From Trichoplax sp. H2 (taxonomy: Eukaryota): DNA of 61,004 nt. The stretch is taken from positions 1-61,004 of the forward strand of contig NOWV01000293.1 of the NCBI GenBank assembly GCA_003344405.1. Direction: 5' to 3'. Below the pieces are notes generated by a model. The model did not search any database, was not told the DNA's origin, and saw only the letters and a list, made by a program, of their open reading frames with translations. Of the stretch, positions 24,427 to 38,223 are shown one piece after another (within the stretch, counting starts at the first letter, position 1; each line of letters begins with the position of its first letter). A program made the translations under genes and the position numbers.

Positions 24427-24713
24427 CCGTTTAAGTACTGTATTGTATTACATTCATAATGTACGACATCATGACCACATATAGACGACATGCTATACAT
24501 ATAAAGACAGTATCTCAATCCCATCTAAAACCTATAAATACCCTTGTACGCTAACTCGTTAGTCAGTTCCTACGTTCCTGCTATCTCAAATACCTTATCT
24601 ATAACAACCATATCATTGTTAGCCTGCAACTTGTATCTCAATAAAATCCTTTATACCTTCTATCATCGTCTACCTTAAAATACTTTACGCTACTTAAAGA
24701 AGATATTATTACA
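24427..24713 (+). mobile_element. LTR (5' part hidden in the gap), same family as 60393-60750
   Basis: Reverse complement of 60393-60679 with about 6 mismatches. TATAAATA at 24533, TCAGTT initiator-like motif at 24563, AATAAA at 24640; ends TTACA. Confidence 0.85.
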
Positions 24714-27217
24714 TAGTGATTGCTGCCAGTGTTACTTTTATCATGCGCGCAGCAGTAACCAACTAGCAAAGCCTAGCAACGCTAGTAGAACAAGATTAGT
24801 TCTATACCGAATTACGATGCGAACTGCATTAGGCATAGCATAACATGAACTTTGTCTACAATAATGTACATTTTAGATAGCAATACTAGAATCCATAGAT
24901 TGCACTTGTTGTATTCTACTCATGAATTTGTAAAGACATGATACCAAGCCAACTATACAATCTATTTTAAAATCGTTTGTTAGTGCTCGATCGATTGGTA
25001 TGTGAACTTGTGAATATAGCAATATCAGCGTACATGCTATCGGATCTACTAAGAAGAATAAATTAACTTTACTGCCTAACATTAAGCATGAATATTTACT
25101 GTAGTTTGCTTTATGATACTTTGATGATATTGTATTTCCTTCGCTCATTTAGTACAGTATACATACTTCAACTTGTTTATCCAGAAGTGAAGCATTTTAA
25201 CGTTGGTGCTTGACCTTATCGGTTTTATACTTTAGTAAAGTATTTAAAAGGCTAAATAAAATTAGGGGAAGATAACCAAACTGATATTTTGCTATAAATC
25301 TGATTTAAATTATATTTAGATGCATAATCTTACTTAAGCTTATATTTAAATAATAATTTTACTGACCGTGCAAAACAATCGTTGTAAGTTACTACATCGT
25401 TCTCATAGCCTAATTAATACCTGTTGCATATTTCAAAATTGACAGAAGAGGTCAATATTTTAAAAGTGTACAGATAAACCATGATCAAAAGATCTGTAGC
25501 ACGGCAGTTATTTAGCTCGTGCAGTGCAGCATATTAATTTAACAGCCTTCAAATCTACGCAGTGCGTCATACGGGCTTTCGAATTTCAGTTAATAACATT
25601 ATAATAGACAATAACAAGTTTATCCCATTTTCTATGCGTATACCCGCTTATCTGATAATTTATACTTGTAAGGTGATTCTTTCGTGCCTAATATGAAGGG
25701 ATATCAACGATTCAATTCGATAGATCCTACTTTCCTTGCGAAGCTTTGCAAGTAAGTAAATGCCACTGAGTAGAGTACACCTGAAGCGATCTGTCTCCTG
25801 TTTATTTACATAAAATCAGCTAAGAAAATATTTCAATTTGCGATTATTGGATTACTACCAAATTTTAACCCTTAACATGCTCGTATGTTCTTATTTAATC
25901 TTTCGGCTGTACCGTTATGTAACTGTTATACCTATTCTTCTAAATATTATTAATTATGTACACCCCCTTCTTCAATCTACTCTTCACCACTTTGACTGCG
26001 GAAAGAAAGTTCCACCGTAACGCTATATGAGAATGGATATTATTTAAGAGAAGATTTTTTCTATGGACTACTAGATAAATTAATACCGTTAGTCTATTAC
26101 TATACTCGTAACTTATTTAGAGTTTAGAAATAGTAATATGAACCTTTCTCATTATTTCAGTTAAATGAAGAGTTTTTACCTTTATTTACTCCTGTGATTT
26201 CGCAAATGCAGATAAGTTATATATAAAATAAAATAAAACAATTAATGCATCAAGAAATGGGCAACAGTTAGAAAATTGATATCGACATAAGGTGAACAAA
26301 TAATTAAATAATCGAAATTAATCTAATTTCTGTTTGTGTATCAACTATAGTAATTAGGAACGAAATCCTTACTACGACGTAATAATTTTGTAATTGACTT
26401 TACTATGATGAACTCGTAGTTATGATTCGTAAAGTCCGTATAAAGAACTCTTTTAATGTTATTGCAAGAAAATCTTACAAAATGAAGATACTAACAACCT
26501 TCATCGTATTCGCAGGAACTTTTAAACAGAAAGTTTTTGTTACTGTACCAGACTTTCTAAATATCATGCTCAGTGTAATCCGGTATAAATATATGATTAT
26601 TAATATGTACAAGGAATTTAGAGATATCGAACAGTATTATTCAGATGTTAGGTACAATAAATGGATCGTTATTACTGGCAATATGAGGGATAAGCGAGGT
26701 TATGTACTTCCATTAAGCGTCTCGTTCTAAAACGATTTAATACATTACAGAGTCAGCAATAAATATATTTACAATAGATTGATAATGTATTGAAAAGTAG
26801 GCGACAGTAACTATAATTTTTGCCATAGAAAATGGTATCATCAACGATTATCTAAACGAAAAATAAGTACCACGTTTTTGCCATTACACGTACATAATCT
26901 CTCTTGCGTACCAATGGTAATTCTTTCAAACTGAATCTAATCAAACCTTGTACATACGCAACATATCATATATGTAAAAGAAATTAGTAAGAGAAAGAGA
27001 CGATAAGTGGCCGTTTAGTACAAAATAGCGTGCGTTCTATCACTTTTCTACTCATTCTAACATACGCCACTGCTAAAACCGTATCCCACACCCAACAAAA
27101 ACAACCGAGTAGCTGATTCAGATGACAATCATCGGCGATACTTTCGTTGTATGAATAGAAGTAAAAACTCATAAAACTAATCTTACAACAAGCCGCTTAC
27201 TATACTTGTCAGGAAGT

Positions 27218-27561
27218 TGTTAGTCTTACTTACAGTATCTCTCCGTAGTTAGTTGGAGTGACTAAGTAGCTAGTAAGTTAGTTGATCACTCATATTAGAA
27301 GAGAGTAGGCAGTGGGATTACTCCTGTGAGTAACATTGTGTCTTGATAGATATCTACCTATATAAGTTGGGCCGACTAAACTTTTATGACTTGACTTGTA
27401 ACCACGAATATTACTCGTTAGAAGATGATTTCTGAAGTCTTGTACGATCACATCGCGTTGTTCGAATTAGTTGAAATAAAGTAAAAGTAGCTTGACGTTA
27501 TCAAGTTTATCTGTGTAATCACAGTCTAGAAGGGAAGTTTTAGGCGGAAACTAAACTAACA
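27218..27561 (+). mobile_element. LTR-like element of a second family (344 bp)
   Basis: 7-bp inverted termini TGTTAGT...ACTAACA, TATATAA at ~27359, AATAAA at ~27475, followed by gtTGGCAGTAGC (PBS-like TGG); no TSD found. Confidence 0.45.
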
Positions 27562-28664
27562 GTTGGCAGTAGCAACTTAGAGGAATGGAATACTTTACTT
27601 TATCCTTTGTCAGGAGAGTTGTCCGAGACAGCACTATTTCAGATGGATGTTTAAGTTAAAATGACCATCTGTCAAGAAATAAATTTTGTGATGATTGTTG
27701 ATTTGGTTAAGTTGAGTTTTCAGCATTGTAATCTCTTTTTCATTTTGCATCTGAATTGATTTCTATACTAATTATTGTTTTCACATGGTAAACATGTACT
27801 TAATGCTTTCCTGTCTAATGTACTGCCATCCAAATACTTTATATATTTTTACGATAACAATGCATCCTCGAAATATTTTTAATTCCTGTCACAAACCTCA
27901 TAACTAGTATATTATGCTTAATGAACTCCTTGTCTACCCTATTAACATAATATCTGTATTTATCTATTATTTTCTGGTTAGATAAGAAAACTGTATTTAT
28001 TGTATTTCTATACTTCTATATATATATGTATGTGTTGAAGCAACCATTGCATGTTATTGCTGTTGTGAGTATGAACTTTGCTATATGTGGTTCTCCTTTT
28101 CGGTTCTTTGATAAATTTGCTACAATAATTTACTATTGTAAAGAGCTGTTTTGCCAATGTTTTCTGAGCGATTTAATACCGTATTTTTGAAGGCTCTTTT
28201 TCCTATAATTGTTACAAATTAAGATTTATAACATCATCAAAATAGTCGGCCCTCATATTGTCGGTACACTGAAACGACCGTTTCCTGTCCCTTTCCTTCT
28301 ATTTGATTGTCCCTAATGTAAAGTGATAAAAGATGAAAGATGAACCAGTAGGCTTTTGTTTCAATTTTTGTCGGTGCCTGCATTCTGGTTGTCTGTACAC
28401 TTTACATTCCTCCAGGTGTACACAAGCAGTCATGCGAGAAGCGGAGTGCATCAAGTAATGCGATACAGCATACGCGTATTCTGTGAAATTTTCGCTAGTT
28501 TGGCTAGTATCTATTAATTATTACTGTAGCAGAATAGGTTGCACAGAAAGCAATATCAGGTGCTGAGGGCTTGTCAAGCTAGTATAATATTCAATTAATC
28601 GTGAAATCATTAAAGCGATTGTACGTGTGTCACGCTGTTAAACCGGATTTTAATTAACTTACAA

Positions 28665-28798
28665 CTAGACTACGATTCCGTGGAGTTTCCACGGATTTCG
28701 TTAGTAAATGTAAATATAATTAATTAATATTGTAGTTCCTGACAGCATATTCTCTACTGTACGTCTGCTTAGTATTATATATATATATATATATGTGA
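28665..28798 (-). mobile_element. 134-bp mini-Helitron-like element
   Basis: Minus strand A|TC-AC-(AT)n ... 8-bp hairpin TCCGTGGA-N3-TCCACGGA (28677-28695) ... CTAG|T; inserted between A and T with no TSD. Confidence 0.6.
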
Positions 28799-30044
28799 TG
28801 TCAACCGTAAAAATAAAACGGAATTTACTCTTTTTATTTAGTTCTCCGTCCTTTAACTCAATTTTTTGTGTTTCCACTGAACAGTAGATAGTGCTTCCTT
28901 AATATGTAATGATTAACAATAAACAAAAAATGGCACTATTTTTTCTAGCTTGGTATTTTCACGAGCACGTCCAGATGAGCATGCTCATCAAAGCGGAAAA
29001 CTTTGGGCCGGCCTATGGAATAATTAATTTCTTGCTTTAATTAATAGCGTATACAGAATTTTTTTATCTCTATGTTGCAGCCATTGACTAGTAAAGAAAC
29101 ACTTATTTCTTAAGTAGTTTATGGGTGTAGTGCACTATTTTTAATAGTCAGTCAATTCACCTTTTTGACGTACACTGTACTATTGTTTGAATGAGTTATG
29201 TTAACGTCGTAGCCATGGTATCCAGCTTTGTCGTATCCCTTTAGTAGTGTATGGCTGTACAGAACTGACTATTGGCAGCACTGTATAGATACTTCGAAGA
29301 AGATTGGATGGATACGCATAATGATTTATGATTCTAAAGAGACGAGATCCTAAGTGCTGCTGTACTCTTTTCTATTCATATTAATTTAAAATTGACGTTT
29401 CTTCGTCAAGTACAAATTCAAAAATATTTACTATAGCTTATTCCTTAACGGAACAAAGAAAAACTTAATTGTTCTATTATGCACCATTTTCAATACTCAT
29501 TCGCTACACCTTAGCTCAATTTTGATACCAAGCAATGAGTAGGCTCTATTCCGTTGTCAGGTAGCATAGATGTTGTGCTATTGTCTAATGATATTAAAAT
29601 ATAATGTCATAAAGAATAGAAAATAGATGATCGCGCATGATTGCGTTGTGTACTTACGTTTATTATTGACTGTAAAAAAAAATTTGAAGCATTTCTTGAC
29701 GACGATACCCGTGTAATTGTGGCTCCAGTCCTTTGATTGGCACTGATGTATTTCAACATTTTAAAATATCGCTAACGGATGAATTGAAAGTTAGTTTATT
29801 TATTACTACTGTTACGGATGCCTAAGATTACTGTAGGCTATCGCTTTATTACAAAATACTTTCCATAGAATATTGGTACAGAAAAACTTATGACCAACTT
29901 TGGACTGTAGCGTCAACGATTGGTTCATTCCGTTAGCGTCTAGTTGGCTTAATACGGCATTTGACTACTTCAGTTTACATCTAAGGCCATTCTGATTATT
30001 TCTTCAAGAAAGTCCGGCTTCGAGACGTTTCACATACTGTAATA

Positions 30045-33000
30045 ATGGAAAACAATCGAATAAAACTTTCCATTTTGAAGTTGTTAACCAGTATTCTATT
30101 ACTGATATCATGGAAGGGTAATATGGCTTGTGGAAATAAGCAAATTTGTTCTGGTACTCTACATATTGCAGGCTTATTTCCATTGGATTCATTATGGGGA
30201 ATAAGACCAAAATTAGCAACCGAATTAGCAATTGATATGATTAACCAGCGATCAGATCTATTAATGAACTATAGTATCAAAATGAGAGTTGCTGATACCA
30301 AGGTTAGTACGATAATATCGCAATTAGCCATGAAATTGGCCATTAGACTAATGTCGTCTATAGAATCATAGAATTTATTATGCTAGCATTTCATCCACCC
30401 TATTTACTCCTGATAGAAACTAATCTATAAATACAGAATATATGATAGATCAGTATTATGGCAACACATTAATTACCATTGAATATGATTAAAGTTGTAT
30501 GTGTATCCACTAGAAAATGGAATGCATGCTATGTTAAAATCAAAGTAATAATTACTGCTACGCTTGTTATAATTTTGTCCAATATTTTAAGTTAAATTAT
30601 AACTTGAAGGACATTAAGGTGCAATAGAATAGCTTACGAGACATCGATTTATCGTATCAGTAGAAGAGAAAAAATTTGTTTATCACGCGATGAAAGATAT
30701 ACTTTAGTATTTAGAACTTCGAGAAAATAGATGATATTGTAAACCTAGACGTATGGTGATCGATTCGTAAACTATGGACATCATAATTAACTTTAATACT
30801 CACAGATTTTATATGAGTTATAGAATCGATTACTGTAAAATAACATAAAAAAGTAACTGATTCGATGTTTCTATTTCTGCATCGCCGAGATATCTCAAAC
30901 TTACGCTAAACCTAATCAATTTTTATTCAGCATAATTAAAATTTATTTATTGTAGTTCTATACACGTAGTATTTTTTAAAGTATAGCCTATGATGCCTAG
31001 CCATGGAGTGTGTTAATATACGGTATAATGGCTAATATGATCATAAAATTGCTAATAAAAATATGAATTTAAATCTGATGCTAGTTTTATTACATCCTAT
31101 AAACGATGAATTACAATTGTATATATATACAATCATGTCTGCCATTTGTGTGCGTGTTGAAACGATATAGACAAGCCATTAAATAAGTTATGACAGCACT
31201 GTAATTGTACCAAAAATTGTTCGCTTATCGTAACAGTCTATGAACCATACTCCTTTTTCAGTCTTCGATTAAAGTTGGTGAAATAGCTATCAAAAAGCTG
31301 CTAAATAATTCGAATGCAGAATTAATGCTTCTAGGGCCAGCTTTCTCTAATATAACAAAAGCAATATCAGCGCTAGCAAATAATGCGAACTTGCTTCAGG
31401 TAATATAAAAATCAACCATAGAAATTACAATATTGTTTATATCTATCATAAATTATTTCGTAATACTACAACGCAAAATGATATAACTACTTGAGTTTTA
31501 AAGCCAAAGTAGTTCCTCTATACGGTAAGTTTTATCGTTCAATTTTTTAAGCCAACTTTAAATTTATGCCAAACTAGAACAGTTGGGATTTTCATTATAT
31601 CCTTTAACATAGATGTATCCTTCCGATTATAATCAAATAGCGACTTCTGTAATTAGTATCCGTACAGTTTTATTCAAATTTCTACTATAACTATGCTTTG
31701 AAATGCAACGGTATTAGGTTTCCTATGCAGCGTCTTCACCGGATTTATCACAACGAAATAAATATCCTGATTTTTATAGAACATCTCTGAGCGCCACTTC
31801 TGATAATCCGGTCATCCTGAAACTATTACGTTATTTTAATTGGAATCGCATTGCCATTATGGACGATAATATGGTCGATTCTAATACTGTACGTTATATA
31901 GCTATTGCCTGTTGTGTCATTGTTTATAGTCTAGAATAAGAACAACTTGAGAAAATAAGATTTACAATGGCTTTCCTTGACTTCGATTAGGCATCTTTGG
32001 TACTGGAAAATTATTTAAAAGTAAATGGTATTACCGTTAATAAAAGGGCCAGTTTTGGTCAAGATCCAGTTCCTGCTTTGCAAGATATTCAGGTAAGCTA
32101 TTAAAAAGTCTACTCTAGCCATTATTTGTGGGATACAATACTTTTATTATTCAAGTAGAATTTCAAGAAACTCCGGAAAGTACTACGTAAATTTCAAACG
32201 ATTGATTATGTATGACTTTATTCGTCATTTTTATATCATTTACTGTACATTTTTAAGAATTCATTTACAAGAATTATCGTCGTTAAGTTGTGTTCTGACA
32301 GTACCAGAAGATTATTTTGTGCGGTAAGTTTCATTGATACTAAAATGATATGAAATACAAGATAAAATTTGTTGAAGATGATTACATTTTACGGCTATAA
32401 TTTTGGATATTGAACGCAATGTCGCTTTCTTTTTATATTCGTTTCTTTGTGTAATGATCTGTACTAGGTGATCTAGTAAAAAATAAAATTATTGTGCACA
32501 TTATGTAATATTTTCCTATAAAGTAATACGAACTTCCTGCTCCGTGACCGTTACATTATGTTATAAAATGCGTGCTGATGAATACAGTATTGGCATTCAC
32601 GCAAATAATATTAATTCTAAAAATTTATTATGTTCTGTTTCTCCAACTATACAAAGATACTAGAATATTTTAAAAATATAAGAGCTTATCAACCTTGCTA
32701 TGAACTGAACCTATATAATATCCGAAGATCTATTAGCACCTATTTCCTATACGATATTTACGGTCGCTAATCATTTTTTAGACCGTATAAGAATATTCTA
32801 AAATTGCTTCTAAGCTTTATTAGGTTAGCACATGATATTAGAATCAAGTAATTCGAAGTAATAGTATGATGCCAAACCCTATTCTAATAAATATGCATAC
32901 ATCATATTGTTGTATCTCGTTATAAACGCATAACTCTTAGTTTATGGCAAATACGATAATGTCGTGAATGATTAATTAGTAGTTTCTTTTGATGTTATTT

Positions 33001-36000
33001 TTGCCTATTAATCTATAAAGCTTAAAATTTTACAGTAATAGTATAGCGTATTGTATACCTACAAACACAATCATGCCTAATCTCTTTAAGAGTCTATCTG
33101 TAATTAAATCATTAGATTACAATTTCAAATTCGCTCGTTAAAACTAAAATGATGTAGCAAGTGTATGAAGTCAACAATAAATCATAGCATATTTTGTAAT
33201 GTTCCATGAATTTAAATTGCATTCTAAAATATTTTCCATTAATTTATAAGTAATAGTTATGTAATTAAAGTTATAAAATGTAAGAAATATAAATATCTAC
33301 CATATAAAACGTAAAGCGGTCGTTCATAAATTGCTCCTGCTATCGAACTACATCATTAAATATTTAAATTTAAACTAAGAATAATGAATTATTAACTAAT
33401 ATCATATCGTTGCTAATTATTTTATAGGTTTACAATCTGGGCTTACATAAATTGGAGATGATTTGGATAATATCAAGAAATAGCCAATATCATAATCTAT
33501 CACCAACCATACAAGATAACCTTAACTGTAGCGAAGGGCAAATTTTAACGGCGTTACAAAATTCGTTTACTGTATCTGATCTACCCTTAAATTATATCCA
33601 AAAGAAGTCTATTTCTGGTTTAGTAAGTTGTAATATAGATATTGTAAAATGCACTTCCGAATTCATTCCTTACATTGTCACCTTTATGATAGGCATCAAA
33701 ATTTCTTTAACTTTTTGGCATACAATGAGTGACTGTGTAATTAATCATCAGAGTCATCGTAGCTTAATCTTATTCTATATAGAATCCACAGTCATATACG
33801 AGTATACGACTACTAATCTAATTTTGCTAGAAAAGTCACACATTTCATTAGCAATTGATCATGCATCACGTACACTCTTGTTAACGATAAATTTTGTTTT
33901 ATTTTTCTAAAATACTAAATGTAGACTCCACATCAATATCTCAATATCTCACGTAAAAACTTAAGTTCAGATGGATCGAGTTATGCTGCTAGCTATGCTT
34001 TTGATGCAGCATGGGCTATCGCTTTAGCTTTAAATACTACTATTTATGAATTACATCTACGTAGTCCATCCAAATGTATAACAGATTTTCGCTCTGTTAA
34101 TGACGAATTAGCGGAAATCATTCGAGATTCATTCAGAAAATTATCCTTCACTGGCATTTCGGTAATTTAATTGTTAGATGATCGAATTCGTACTAGTAAT
34201 ATATGAACATCCCAAATAAGTTACTTATAGAACGTGACATCAACAATAAGTGTAATTTTGGTTAAATTTGAAAGTATTCACATAACTGATTCAAGTAACA
34301 ACATATTCTCGTTTCTTTTTCTAACTTCTGTAGAGAAGCTATTAAATTAGATTAGAATGTGTTGCTCTTTAGACCATCTATACATAAAAAAAGAAGTCTT
34401 TTCAGTCCATTAGTTTTAACTATCATAATAAACGTCCTCTATAATATTAAATATATTTACATGCTTTTCATGATATGATAAATTCCTTACGTTAGAATAA
34501 GTAAGAAGTTTTTGTGATGGAATTCCTTTTATAATCCATTTATTTTGTGGCACTGACTGCTAATTATGGCATTTTTTATCTAGGGGCCGGTAAGTTTTGA
34601 CGCCTCTGGCACTAGAAAAGGTTTTATTAGTATTGAACAATTTCAAGGTAAACCATAGAGTCAATTTAAATGAAGGCATTTAACATACATAAAATAAAAA
34701 TTCATTTCGAGCAATTTATTGCCTAAAGTGAAATGCTCAGTGGAATATCGCTAGCAATTGGATCGGTTCTAATTACTTTACAGCATCACTAATATATATC
34801 AAAGCTTTTTTTTCTTAGTCATGCTACGGTTATTTGTATATGTAGGACAAATCAGTTCCCAAGTTGGAATCTTTCACTTGAATACTAACCATATCACTTG
34901 GCTGAATAGTTGGACATTTCCTGGTATAATCAATTTTTTTATATTTTGACTATCACATGCATACAGCAAATCGTTTACTGTTTGCAATAATTCAAACCGA
35001 AGAGTTTGTACACTATACCCTACAGTGCTATTTCGCTTATATCAAGTAAAAGATTGCAGAATTAGATTATTGAGTCAATAGTTCACAGACATAATTGAAA
35101 AAATTTGTCCGTATCAATCTCGTATAGTTTAACATTGGCACAGTTTCAACAAGGTACCATAAGAAAGAGCTCTCAGTTATCAAATAAAACTAATGAATGA
35201 GTTCTTGAACCCTGTGCGATTTATAAAAATATAAACGATTTATTATATTATTGATTGTGACAAATTATAAATATTATCGATGTGTGATTTCAGTTGACTG
35301 TAGGACCAAGCAAATCCTATTAACTGATATCGAGTATCAGTCTATATTTGATAAGACACATTCCGTACCTTTAAATGACTATCGAAAATTTCTGAAGTAT
35401 ACCATAGTTATTATATAGTTAATCTTTAGGCTCTATTCCATATTCGCAAGACCTTATTTATGTTAATTGGGTTTAGGCAAGAGTCACAACAAATATTCAA
35501 TCCATTTCCAGAGTTATCGCAAAACTTCGCTTCTCATCTATTCCATTTGCATTAGTCTACTGAGGCCATACAATAAATTATGGCCTAATAATGTAATTTA
35601 TCTCTTTAGTAGTAAAGTAAATATGGAGCATAAGAGCATCAATGATCATTGGTTAATACTAATTATGTTAATAGGTAAACATCCGCCTTCCGACGTCTTC
35701 ATCAATTCAACGATAGTTTTCAACCATACGCGGGCCGTTACACTTACAGCAGAAGTTCTAGCAGGATCTAGTATTGTAATTAACGCTTTATTGGTAGCTT
35801 TCTTGTATCGCTGTCAAAATCATAGGTGAATACAAAAAATTATACGAATGATTTTGTTTAGAGTTAATACGCATTGAGAATACAGATTATAATTAATTAT
35901 AGTCTTTCATTGATGCTTAACTTATCTAAACTTTAAATTTTCAATTTTTCTAGCTATATAGCCTTAATCGCATAATCAAATATAGTCCGTGAATGAAATA

Positions 36001-38223
36001 TCATAACAACTTCTTCAGTAATTGTTCTTTTAATTGCATCATTCTAGCGTTACAAGTGGCTTTAGTTCAATTTTAAATTATTTAATTGTTGCTGGCAATA
36101 TAATACTTTACATCAACATTTTATTGGGCTGCATTCATCGATCGGATGAATCTTACAAGACAATTTGTCAGGCAAGTTATTAAATGCTTGATACTTATTA
36201 ATTATGCAAGATTGAATTCGTATACTTTTAGCTATCAAAAATCTTACGAAACTAATATTATCTACAATATTAAAGATGTAACGAATAGCGAGTTCGTTGC
36301 ATATAGAAGCTGTCTGTACAACTTTATCTAGAGAAACCTCTCTTTATTTGATAGCTTGCATATCTAGAGACTAATTATGGTTTGCATGTTGAATTTGTTG
36401 AAATATTGTAATATTTTTTATAGGCCCGTGCATGGACTCTGATGATCGGCTTTTCAATTGTTTATTCGTCTATATTTGCAAGATTATGGGCCTACCGTAA
36501 AATTAATCGATCCTCTCAATCAAAGGCAAGGGTTACAAATTTATGCCATCTCTTCATGAGCCAATTCACAGACTAGTCAATCACTTATCAGAATACTCAA
36601 GCTCAGTCGACTTAGTGCTCAAATAATATCATATTTTTTGCCTTTACATAATATAAACAATTTTTTTCTTTAACAAGATTCCACGTGGAAGAAAATTATT
36701 TCAGATCGTCTTTATGAGCGTAATGGTCGATGTGACAGTACTTGCTGCTTGGCAAAATAAAGTACCTCTGCAATCAGAACTACAAGTTATCAGTATTGAG
36801 GTAACATTTACAAATGATTTAATAAAAATTTTTTTAACGTAAAATTTAAGCCTTTTTAAAAACAGAATTCATGCATCTGTTCTTTAAGTGTTAATATGTT
36901 TTATTCAGTATTAAGCTTTAATTTACTTTATTACAGCGATCATTTAATCAAACCCTAGTTTATCAATATCATGTGTGCCGCTCACGCGATTATCAATATT
37001 GGTTATATTGCATCTTGGCTTATAAAAGCTTGCACTTCTTTTGGGGTTTATACCTATGTTGGTGTTGCAGAAGCATTTCTAAGAAATTTCTTGGTTCGGC
37101 CTATGTTCGCTTTGTCATTGCTGCTAATGTTTTTATTACAATTTCTTCGGCCATTACTTTTGCTATCGTTAAATATTTTCAATTAATAAATCAGAATATC
37201 TACTTACCATTAACCTTAATGGTGATCTTAAACAGCAGTATTGTCGCTGGTTTAATCTACATACCTCAAGTAAGTCTACAGTAGCCTATATACTTCGTAA
37301 AAATTAATGTATGTATGGCTGTAACTCTAAGATTAAGAAACACTTCATTTAAAAACTGATTCTTTCATAGCTCTACTTTGTGTAGTAAATATACAATCAT
37401 GGATAAGTCTCGATATTTAAGTGAGTTAGTTTACGATAATGAACCTAACTAAACAAGAACGTTGGTGATGTACATTTAGTACATGCGCTACCACATTTTG
37501 CCTACAGACCGTTTTGAATAAAATTTAGATTTTTAATAGATTAGAAAATTCATCAATTACTGTAAATTCAAAAATATGTTAAAATATCGAATCAAATATA
37601 GTATGTATGAAATTACTCAAATATTTTTTACATGCGTAGTTAACTATATTCCAATGGACTTTCCTTGCAGATTTTAGATATTTTAAAATTAGGATTAGAT
37701 CATCATGTTCAACATAGTGAGTATGCCGAAGACGAAGAGGATGGTTCAGATCCATCTCTTAAATCGCCAGAATCCGAACAACACTTTACTGACTCTCCAG
37801 CTGCCATGAATATTGTAAGATAACTGTTTTATCTACACAAATGCATAGATTACAGTCATCATTTTGAATATAAATCCTATTTTTTGCATTAAAAATACAC
37901 AGCTACAGTAATACGTTTATTGATAATATCATAACGATCTATCATCTATCATAATATCATCGATCTATCGCCTTTACTAGGCGAATTTACTGAAATTAAG
38001 CGATCGCGAAAAGTCATCCAATCAATCCAATGCAAGTATATCTCAACTTAGTAGTCATCATAACTCAGCAGCTAGCAAAATAACTGGTATCATAAATCAA
38101 CTTCCTGGTCGTAAACAGCCATTAAAGAAAGAATGTGATTCCCCTAAGCCTACTGCTAGCCATCAGCAACAGCCAACAGTTCGATTTCAAACTAGTGAAG
38201 CAGCAGAAGCAAAATTGTACTAA
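30045..38223 (+). CDS. GABA-B-receptor-like class C GPCR (Venus flytrap + 7TM), about 16 exons
   Basis: Exons approximately 30045-30302, 31262-31399, 31718-31888, 31991-32092, 32258-32323, 33428-33622, 33925-34161, 34584-34647, 34846-34923, 35676-35825, 36048-36171, 36424-~36531, 36678-36800, 36937-37269, 37671-37814 and 37981-38223. Motifs LHIAGLFP, VSYAASSPDLSQRNKYPDFYRT, YAFDAAWAIALAL, FTGISGPVSFD, PPSD, CQARAW, AYKSL and IYIPQ. No mGluR-type Cys-rich linker. Confidence 0.88.

Larger units (their letters stand above)
24167..24952. repeat. 240-bp direct repeat (24167-24406 and 24713-24952) flanking an assembly gap and an LTR
   Basis: The two copies differ by about 7 substitutions by eye; the first ends at the N run. 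Confidence 0.9.

Noticed and set aside
24873..25148. 91-aa minus-strand ORF partly duplicated at 24327-24524
   Set aside because: By-product of the 240-bp duplicate and the gap; no domain features.
26422..26730. 102-aa plus-strand ORF
   Set aside because: AT-rich composition, no motif and no splice support.
27600..28460. Possible decayed gag-like sequence on the minus strand
   Set aside because: Only vague similarity, many stops, and opposite orientation to the neighbouring LTR-like element.
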